DNA of 49,718 bases, counting the filler, from Bipalium vagum (Eukaryota): NCBI GenBank assembly GCA_037834085.1. It is 3 parts of 3 records of this genome, joined end to end, with 100 filler letters (N's around TTAATTAATTAA, not from the genome) between each part and the next. Parts side by side here need not be neighbours in the genome. Positions count along the whole stretch, not along the records: positions 1 to 15,880 come from JBBMKC010133482.1; 2 more parts are not named here. The stretch is one strand, 5' to 3'. The position numbers were made by a program, and so were the translations under genes. Below are positions 1 through 10,900 of the stretch, in pieces; position 1 is the first letter of the stretch; every line of letters begins with the position of its first letter. The notes under the pieces were generated by a model. That model was not told where the DNA came from, made no database searches, and saw nothing but the letters and a program-made list of their open reading frames with translations.

Positions 1-70
<70 letters not shown>
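1..70. repeat. (TAA)n microsatellite
   Basis: About 23 perfect units at the window start. Confidence 0.97.
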
Positions 71-71
<1 letters not shown>

Positions 72-409
72 TGTAAAATGTTATGAAGAACAACCTACTT
101 CACTTTACTCCCAGTTTTAATTATCAATAATAAATGTAATTATTATTATTATTATTATTATAGTTAATTTAATTTAATTTCTTAAAATATTTTAATTTAT
201 ATTTATAATCATTTTATTTTATTATATTTTTATTTATTTATTTCATTTTGATTTATTAATTATATTTTTAAAATTAATTTTATTTTTACTTAATTGTGAT
301 ATGTTTTAATTCGTACATCTGTTTTTTAAATAAAATATTTTATATCACATTAAATTATTACTATTATCATTTTTATTTTTATTATTATTACTATTATTAC
401 AATATAATT

Positions 410-790
410 CAAGTATTATGTATTGATTGGCTCTAAGAATCTCCCTGGTTACTCGAAAAGGTTTATTGTGATAATTATAAATTATTTTTCGTTTTGGTTA
501 TCATCAGTTTGAATTTGATCACCAAAGGGTCGAAAGTTAAAGTTAAAATATATTTCACGAACCGCTTATAATCTTTCCAGAATTAAAAAATATTATTATC
601 CTTAATCATTTTTATTGGTTATCGTGCCTAAAAATATTATCATTAAATATTAATAAGTAAAATACATCTCTAAAATTACTGCCAAATACATTATTTACGA
701 ATTTGGATATGCAATCCTCCTTTATCTTCCATAATTCTGGATCTCTCGGCTACCGATTATCTACCAAAATAATTTACACTGTCCCTTCCA
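410..790 (+). mobile_element. Highly decayed mariner transposase fragment
   Basis: Frameshifted KVLCIDW, ITAKYIIYEFGYAILLYLP and LDLSATDYL resemble KVMLCVWW and ELGWEVLPHPPYSPDLAPSDY. Boundaries approximate. Confidence 0.45.
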
Positions 791-1886
791 TAATGTTTTC
801 AGCCAATCCATTTGAAAGAATAATCTAAATTAAATTTATGAAAATTAAGATAAAATTTTCCAAACTTATTTTAAATTATTTTTATTTTCGGTAACCCCGA
901 TTTGTTAGTTAAGCCTATTAATTAATAAAATTTCTTTTTATTATTTATTATTTTACCCTATTTATAAATATAACTTTTTAATTAGTTAACTTTAATATAG
1001 TGGAGATAATCTCCGAACACACGAATGTGTTATTATTAAGGTTTTCTTTTTAAATGGTTATAAAATTTATTCCATTCAAGTTTTGTTTTAATAAGTTAAT
1101 CGTTAGGTCATTTCAATTGTGCATGTTGCGTTACTCATATGGGAAAGTCTTTACACATTGTCGTATTATGAAAATTATGCTCTAACGGTCTTTTCAAAAA
1201 GGAGGTCAGACTTGTAGCCTGACAATTTTGAACATGAAATTATATTTTATTTAAATCTGTTTATTTTCAGAAATTGAATAAAAGGAGGTTTTGTTTTAAT
1301 GAATAAGTGATGAAAAATATATTTTTATATTTATCTATGAATTGGGATTTGAAAATTGATTTAATTCGATGTTGCTATGACAGTGGAAATTCTAATAAAG
1401 CTGTAATTAGGACCTCCCACCAGTTGATTGTTGGTTTTGGGATACTCTTAAAACAAGGGTTTGCCATTATCAGAAATCAAAATATCTACTTGAAATGGAA
1501 AGGCGAATAAACGAAGCATATTACCGTTTTACCAAAGAAGAGCTACAAATTGAAAAATTGTCTCCCTAAGGCACATTGACTTGATGTTATCTGTTAAAGG
1601 AAATCATTTCGCGAACATAACATAAGGAACACTACCGTACATGTCAGTTGTGATTAATAACATAATTTGTTTAGTTCATTTTCAGTTCTCATTTAACTTT
1701 TTCCTCGGTTTTGGTACAGCCGGTATATTATATTATATATATTATATACATAGAACGCATAAAATTATTATTACCAAATAAAACTATATAATGTAACGAT
1801 TTATCGTACCCCTCGTTCTTAGAATAATATAATTCATAAGAATTTTATCCGATTTTTCAACCTGGTAATTTTTAATTTCTTTTCAG

Positions 1887-1990
1887 ACTTTAAAACGATT
1901 TTCAAGAAAGTCCCTCAATCAAAAATAATATTTAAAGGGGATTTATTGATGTTACACTGCATCCCACCGGACAGCAAGCCAAAGCCAAAA
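1887..1990 (+). CDS. unc-5: unc-5 exon: Ig2 N-terminal half
   Basis: tttcag acceptor and gtatta donor; translates FKTIFKKVPQSKIIFKGDLLMLHCIPPDSKPKPK. Not in the ORF track. Confidence 0.88.
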
Positions 1991-4900
1991 GTATTATTTT
2001 GTCATGGCACAATAACTTTTTATTCAAAGTTTTTCCATAGATCCAATGGATGAAGGACAACAAAAAAATAAATGAAAACGACCGAATAAAAATAATAGGA
2101 GAACAGCAATTATTGATAGAGGAAACGAACTCGTCGGATGAAGGAAATTACAGCTGCTTGGCAACAAGTCTTGACGAGAATCGCCAATCGCCCATGGCAT
2201 ATATCAGAGTTAAAGGTGAGAGTACTTGTCCCACGTATATTCATTAAGATGGTGAAACATCAGAAAAAGACAACAATAACGTTTTGGAAGAGTGGTCGGC
2301 CTGGTCAAGTTGCTACAGTAACTGCAGTAAGTCGAGAAGTAGAATTTGCAAGGAAAAAGATAAATGCGAGCAAGTGGAAAAATGTACCAAAGCCGAATGC
2401 GAATGTAAGAAATTATATTCGATTATATTAATTATTATTTATTATTTATTATTTATTATGTATTATTTATTATTTATAATAATAAAAATAATAATAATTA
2501 TTATTATTAATTTTAATATTACTTTTATGTGAAGCAATCTTCTTCTTCATTTAATATTTTTATTTTGTTAGAGCCACAATCTCTTTCCATCTTCTTTTTC
2601 TAGAATCTTTCAAGCCTATAATTAGTAGGTTGATACAAAAATATTTTGAAACTTTTATCCCACGATCCCCTATTGGAGCGTAACGAATCTGATCCATTCT
2701 TAAGTGGTTAACTGGAAGGGATGGGAAATAGATTTCCTTTGATAATATCAAACGGACTGATGGAAACAAAATCATAAAACAGAAAGCAAAATATTTTTAG
2801 ATTTGATTTTTAATAAATAAAATTTTATTTATATTTTTCTCTATGAAAAAAGAGAAAAAATCAAGATTTTTCTATTTAAATTATTTCTACTTACTTTTGT
2901 TGTGATAAATTTATTTGTTTAAATTGTCATGGAATTAAAATCTTTTTGGTAAACAGTCATATTTTNNNNNNNNNNNNNNNNNNNNNNNNNNNNNNNNNNN
3001 NNNNNNNNNNNNNNNNNNNNNNNNNNNNNNNNNNNNNNNNNNNNNNNNNNNNNNNNNNNNNNNNNNNNNNNNNNNNNNNNNNNNNNNNNNNNNNNNNNNN
3101 NNNNNNNNNNNNNNNNNNNNNNNNNNNNNNNNNNNNNNNNNNNNNNNNNNNNNNNNNNNNNNNNNNNNNNNNNNNNNNNNNNNNNNNNNNNNNNNNNNNN
3201 NNNNNNNNNNNNNNNNNNNNNNNNNNNNNNNNNNNNNNNNNNNNNNNNNNNNNNNNNATAAAGATAATAAAAAAATAATGATAATGAAAAAAATATAATT
3301 AATGTTTTAAATAAAATATATTAGAAGAATACTTCATGAGAGCTAAAGTAATAATTAAATATTAAAATAATTTTCAAAATAAATAATTTCCTTAAAAAGA
3401 GAAATGGTTTCATAACCATTTGTTACGATACGTTCAGTCTTTGATAATTATCGTATTTTGCTAGATTTTCTCATGATCTCCATCATTTAACACACAATTA
3501 ACCGTCACCTTCCAGCAGATACCAAAAGGCCTGGCCATAGAAATGCCAATCATGGATCAATAATATTTTATAATTAGCATTTCTGAATCGATCATTTTTA
3601 TGAAACTCTGTGAACAAATTGTGTCACGATGTTGCTGGTATGCTGGTCGTATCAGATCTGATCAACCAAGCATCGTCTTCAACAAGGTCTACTGTGAAAA
3701 ACGGATCATGTCAACCATTGAAAGAAAGTGATATAATTTGAGGAGAAAAAGAATCAATAAATAAAAAAAATTGATTGGGAAACATTGAAGAAAACCAAAA
3801 TGTATCACAATTGTAATAATGACCAAGGAGAGCGCTTCGGAAAAGGAAACAGACCTTTCTGGTAAAGAGAGAATTAGTGTCGATTTTAGATAAGACGTAT
3901 TAATTAGTTGAATGGAAAATTTTAACTGAATTTAATTTCAAATAAAAACAGTTTTCCTAAGTGACGGGCCTTGGAAATTAAAAACGACAAGGTTAATTAT
4001 AAAAAATTATCTTGGGCGCCAACATTTCGTTTTTGTCCGATGTTTTCCACCAATCACAATCGAGATATTAGGCTGAAAATAATTGAAAAAGGAAAACATT
4101 TCACAGTCACTGCATCGCTGCATGACATATATAATTAATAATTAAATATTAAATTTATTATTGGCGGTAAATGATATTTCATTCAAAAGGTCTACTTGTT
4201 AAAAGGCTCATTTTCATGGAAGATGTTTTTGCTAATTAAAAATTTACCCATCTCGGGTGCTTTTTTATCCCGTTTAAAAATCTGGAAAAAATANNNNNNN
4301 NNNNNNNNNNNNNNNNNNNNNNNNNNNNNNNNNNNNNNNNNNNNNNNNNNNNNNNNNNNNNNNNNNNNNNNNNNNNNNNNNNNNNNNNNNNNNNNNNNNN
4401 NNNNNNNNNNNNNNNNNNNNNNNNNNNNNNNNNNNNNNNNNNNNNNNNNNNNNNNNNNNNNNNNNNNNNNNNNNNNNNNNNNNNNNNNNNNNNNNNNNNN
4501 NNNNNNNNNNNNNNNNNNNNNNNNNNNNNNNNNNTTTATCACAGATTTAAAAAACACATCGAAAGATACAAAAGACATTGCCATGTACGTCGGTTTATTT
4601 TTGGCAGTGGCGATTTTGGTTATGGTCATTACAATTGTTTTCTGTCTCATTCGACGAAGGACGTTACCCCAAAACCAGATGAGATCGTCTTTGCAGGTCA
4701 AAGGTAATTGTCGATTATTTTCATAAGTACTCGCTTTATTAAAACGTCTGTGGAAGACCTAAGCACATTAATCTACCGTGTTTCTAGACACCAGCATGAA
4801 CCACAATGGAAAAGGCAATACAGTTAAATGTTTATTGAAATTTGATATTTAATAATTATGTAGAATGACCAATTTTTAGACTCAGCGCCCGTGACGATCA

Positions 4901-7900
4901 TGCAAAATTCCATGAATATCTCATTTGGAACGTTGATGCAGCAAAGGTCTTACTTGTCTCAAAGTCCCCCTAATCTTCCCTCGCCCACATTCTTATCGGA
5001 GAAAAGCAATGCCAATCCGTATTCCGAAGGAATCGATCTCTCATATAACAGTAGTGGATCAGGCCAATTTTCCCAACCCCTCATTTCAAACTCTTCTGAT
5101 ACAAGAACAAATAAATTCAAAACAACGTCATCGTAAGCAATTGAAATGCCATTGTAATATTTCATTAAAAATAAGAAAATCACAAGGAACTTCTTAATAT
5201 TTTATATCTTTCTTCTTCTTATATTTTATAAATTTGAGAATCCGGGTTTTGTAATATACCTTTACAGTTCAATGTTCTCTTATTAGCCTTGTCTTACCTA
5301 TGCTTAATAATAAAAACTTTATTAAAATAATATTAATTATTATTATTTTTTTATTATTTATAAGGTTGTGTCATGAAAATTGCGATTACAATAAATAATT
5401 GGCCGAAAAATGTTTTACACTCTTTTATAGTAAAACTGCAGAGACAGATGACATTGCATTTTGAAATTCTCATTAAAATATGATATTTTCATGTTTGTTT
5501 AAATAATCCAAAACATTCTTAGAAAATATTAGAAATGGCGCACAAACTGACAAAAAACCGAAGTTTCCAAAATTAACTTAGAACTATGGATAGTGCGACA
5601 CGCATCTACAGAAGCTATTGAAAACATTAATTTCGCATTGGGCAACGGTAAAGTTAATGAAGATTCCATCAGGCGGTGGTATATGAAATTTGCGGAAGGT
5701 AATGAAATTCGATCAAACATCGACTTTCTTAGGCTCAAAATTTTCATTGAAAATGCCCATTTATTGATCAAGGTGGAATTATATTTAAGTCAAATAGTTC
5801 GGAATCTTGATAAAACATTCATTGTTAGTCCCAAGTAGTAGTTTTGTTTTACACAATGTTAAAAAGGTATAGTTGACAGATCTTTAAAATATCATTCAAA
5901 AGAATGCTTGTTCAGACAGAATATGCATATGCCTTTTTAAGAGAACAATGAGAAGGGAAACTGGTTGCGTCTACTGAAGTATTCAGAATATTATATAGAG
6001 TGTATTTGGATCTTTTGCTCTTAATAAAGAACAGTTTTTTAATGAGGATATTAAGGAAATATGTTTTTTGAGAAATCCATGAATGATAAGTTTCACTGGA
6101 ACTAGTCAGCTCATTTTCTTCATCAATCATAACGAAGTTTTGATAAAGTCTCTTCGTCTTAGTTATTGTTCAGGGTCTTCTAATTATCAACGAAAAAGAT
6201 TTAATAGGTCATTTTATAGAAATATTTTTAAGTGAATGAAAATGGTTTTTTAAAAGTTATCGTGGAACTAAACATCAGTGAAAGTACATCTTGAACGAAA
6301 TTCTGCCCTAAGCGACATGAAGTGCATGATGAAAGTTGAAGTCAAAAATAGTTGAGAATGAATTTTAAAAGGTTTAATATGATCCAAATTTCCTGAGGTA
6401 ATGTTTGCGGCTGTCTTGAACGGATAATTCCAAATAATGGTAACTTGATCAGCTTTAAATTAAATGTAACTAATTATAGAATAATTATTAATAATCACCC
6501 TTGAAATAAATAAATATAAATTTCCTAGTTTAACTTCAAGATCCCGCGGCTAGAAGATTGGAAATAATTAAAAAAATATTAAAATTATTAACCAATATAT
6601 TTGCATTTCAATATTCAAATTAAAATATGGCTTGTTTAAAAGTTCACTCGCTCAATTAGTAATCGAGTCAATCGCTTTCTTTTAACAAAACTACTGATGA
6701 CATTAATGTAGCTAACAATAATAAAGAGAAATTCATAAAATAAAATGAGAACTTAAAAATTCGATAATTTCAAAAATTTTATAAAAAAAATATTTATTAA
6801 AATTTCATAAAGTGTTACGTTCTCTTAGGTCCAACACGGATAACAAAATGGAGTCTCTAACTCTGCCAGGCACCCCAGTGAACACAAAACCATCTTTAAA
6901 TTTGTATAGGGACCTGTTCTTAAATAGGGAAGCTTCGTGTAACGTTCCAACATGTGAATCAGAAAACATTAATTTAAATACCATAACGAGGGGTATTATT
7001 TCAGTATCTGGAGGACGCTTATGTCTTCCTCAATCAGGTACCAAACTAATACTTTGGATTTTCGAAATAAGTGTAAATCTAGGTATTACCCTTACCGTTG
7101 CTCCGGAAAGCTTTGTAAACTCTTCATCTTGTGAAATGTTATTGGCTGTTTGCAGAAACGAGCCAAATCCTCCAATATTATTAGGTCTCTATAAATTTAA
7201 CAATAAATTAACCATTGAATTTCAGACACTGAAACATTTTTAACTCCAGTTGTATTATTCGGGCCAAAAACTGTATCGTTGCTGAAACCATGTGTATTGT
7301 CAGTTCCACATTCAGCAGAGATTAGACAAGACAATTGGGTCATTAGGTTATTGGGAAGTGATCTCCCTGACTATGCTGAAGATACAGAGGAGTCGATGTT
7401 GCTACCCACATGGAAAGTAACATTTTCATTTTATCTTAATTACCAGAAAATATCTTTTTAGTGCCTCACAACCATTGGTCATGAAAATGAAACGACATCA
7501 ACCTACATACACTTGGATTCATATTATGCTTATATAATGCTAGATCAGCCTCAGAGAATTTGTCTTGTCGGTCAATCCCGAGTGGGTAAAAAGGCTACAA
7601 AGAGACTGAGATTAGCTGCCTTCAGTAGACCACTGTCTATGAGTTCCTATTTACCAAATTATAATATCAGAATCTATGTGTTCTCTGATTCCAAAGAAGC
7701 CTTCGAAAACGTAACGTCAAGAGAAATGAAGTTGGGCAGCACTCTTTTAGATATAACATATCAAATAATATTCACCGCTAATTTGGGAAATTTGTTTTTC
7801 TGTATTGAAGAACTGTCGACCGGTTGGAAAAGCCAGTTAGCTCCAAAATATCAAGTAAAGACAGATTTCTGTCTTATCTTTTTCCATTAAAACCATTTTG

Positions 7901-10900
7901 TTAAGGAAATATCATTCCAAGATATTTGGAATGGTAGTCAGTCGGAATCTCTGCATTGTGCCTTTTCGTTCGAGAATATAGACCCATCTCAACAATTCCT
8001 GATGTGCCGCATTACTGTTTACCAAAGTGGTTTCTACAACCAAAAACAAAGTATAATAATCAATCAAGATAAAAAAGACAAGAATAAACGAGATCTGATA
8101 CAACATGAAAAGATCCATCTCTATTCAGAAAACAACAATACCTATTTGGATCCAATGATGACAGTTTTTAGGTAAGAATGAAGAGTATTATGAGAATTAA
8201 AAAACAACAAATAATTGTAGATATTTTAATTACGTCATAATTGGAGTTGTTTAAATTGTCGAGAAGCTTGGCAGATTTTTAATAAAAATAAATGTTAAAA
8301 GAAAAGGACTTGTTTTATTCAAGAGTTAAGCTCTTATTGGAGACTGTGATAAAAAATATAACTAAACTTCTCTGATTCCTAAATAATATTCAATTTAAAA
8401 ATGGAATAATTATTCCCTGCTTCAAAGGTATAAACTTGTATTATTTCAAAGAATCATCATTCGTTTTGATTGGGTAATTTTTGTCTGTTGATTATAGTTA
8501 ATAAAATCAATTTCTTTTGATATTCAAAATAGAAACCAAACTAAATCTTCAATTGATTATGGTTTACATAGTGCTGCACACGAAAAAATAAATGATCTAA
8601 TTAAATTCAATTAAATATTCAATTTGATATTATTCCATTTCAAAACCTTTTCGTTTTAATTTAATAATTTATCGATTTCCTTTAATATTCAAGATGACAT
8701 TAAAATTAATTTTATTGATTATGGTTCACCATCTTGATCCTTTTCACTGTGGTTTTGTGAAACTAAAAATATTACTGATTTTGTAAGGAGTGTCATTGTC
8801 ATAACATGAGAATTTTTAATTTTAAAATCATAAATAGAACTATTTAAATAGAGAAGTATGATCGAAAATCAATCAACTTAAAGATATATCAATAATTAAA
8901 TGAAATCAATAAATTTTAAAAAATTAAGAATTGAAAATCTTATGGTTTATTTGGTTAATTTGTTTCAGATTCTTTTTTGGGTGAGAATTAAGTCATATTT
9001 ATATTTTAAGAATCTCCTTATATATTTAAAAATAAAATGTTCCTTAATCAATTGATTATAAATATTATTTTTTACTTCCAAAAAATATCATATGGAATAA
9101 AAATTTACCATAAATAAATTATTAAACAGAAGAAAACAATGGGCACAGAAAGTTTATTATTTTTTAAAAATAATAATCTAAATAATTGTTTTATTGCAAT
9201 AAAAATGAAACTATTAATAGACACTCTAAAGACTTAGGACCATCTTAATATTATAATTTAAGTTATACTTCGAATGTTGACCCCTATTGAAGTCGAAGGA
9301 TAAATAAATACCAGAAAATCATTTTAAGAAATACACCAAAATTAGCAACAAAATTTGTTAAGAAAATGAAAATGTGTTGTAGGAAATAATTTTTACCTTT
9401 TAATCTTTATCCTCTTTCATGTGATCCAAAAAACCCAAGAATGTTTGAATCAATCAACTTTCACATTTCCCGAAGCAATTATACTTGTTTATTATTAATT
9501 AATTAATTAACTGGTTATTGAACTAAATAATTTCTCATTCAATTCGTCATTTCCCATTCGTTGTTATTCATTGATTTGGTGGTACCCCTTTTATTTTCAG
9601 GATGCCTAACACTACACGGAAAAGATTATGTTTTCTCCTGGACAACGTCACACGAAGAGGAAACGATTGGAAGCAGCTCTGTCGCCAAATGTCTCTGAAT
9701 GGGTACGATCTTTCTGTTAATGATGAAATTTACCAATTTCAGTTTTATTTGACACAGACTTAAATGAGGACCCGAAATTGATATTTGATGGAAAATTATC
9801 TGAGACCGAATGTCATTAATGTGGCAACGTACAAATTAAAACATATGGCTTGGAGCCATTTTCCATTATAAATCACCACTCGCATATTTTTTGTAAGAAA
9901 ATTGGGACTATATTGTTTGACATTTTTCCAATTTTTCTGGGTCGGGGGGAAAATTCTGTCTGGGTAATTAAAATGTAAATTGATGAAAGAATATAAAGTA
10001 GAGCATTGCCAACCACTTTCTGACAATTGTTAATTGAGGAAATATTAGGGTGAAACGGTAAAAAATTCTGTTCATTTATTATCCAAAGATTTTCGTTAAT
10101 TTGATCAATATGTGGAGGAAAAAATAAAAAATAATTTTAATTTTTCTTCTAATGAAATAAAATTAATATTTTTACAAATATTAAATTGTCGAGGATGGTT
10201 TAAGCGTTTTTTGCTACATTCTTTAATTTGAACTTAATATATTTTTACATTTAATATAAAATTTAATATATTATATAATATAAAGTATATCTTATGTCTG
10301 TCAAATTTAACGTAAATCAATATTCAAAGTCATCGATAAAATATGTTAGTACAATAAAAATTGTTAGCCAATCGTAAGTGCCATATCAAATGTCCGATTT
10401 CTTTCAATTTGTTAAAAGAAAATAATTTAAATTAAAATTTTTTTATTAATGAAAATGCTAATTGACATATTTCTATAGAGGGTAACTTCAGTTTTGCAAT
10501 TTCATTTTTATATATCATCATAATACCGAAATATGATGAGATATTTTCGACAATTTTTTGTTTCGGGTAATGATCATAATTATTAAAGAAATAATAAACT
10601 GTTGAGGCCAAGTCAGGTTAAAATAGATAATGTGGAAATTTTTCAATCTTCAGTTCTCACGACTGTTGTAAAACTATTTTTGAAAGAAAACAAAATGTCG
10701 ATATCGTTTTGCCGAACCGTATCATTAACTTTTCATTAAGCAAAAGATTCTCTCTAAAGTTGAATTTACTTTTTAATACTTCGCCTCTAAAACACAATTG
10801 GAATGAGTTCTGCAGGAATTGTGTTTGACAGAAAGAAATAGAGATGATTCTATTAGACAGCTAAGGACCAGAACATCGTAAAAAATATCATCAATTAAAA

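Noticed and set aside
1-70. Telomere or CRISPR-like array
   Set aside because: Simple TAA microsatellite; no spacer-repeat structure or cas genes anywhere in this eukaryotic window.
2946-3278. ORFs containing X runs (also 4192-4701, 25142-25358, 49442-49666)
   Set aside because: Artefacts of translating through N gaps.
4864-4885. Caspase cleavage site equivalent to vertebrate UNC5 DxxD
   Set aside because: The sequence is DQFLD-S (P4 is Gln), not a DxxD match, and it depends on an unconfirmed splice choice.
7912-8118. Antisense ORFs over real exons (also 4959-5183, 13252-13530, 26161-26385, 30234-30428, 45607-45894)
   Set aside because: Shadows of sense-strand coding exons, with no independent support.
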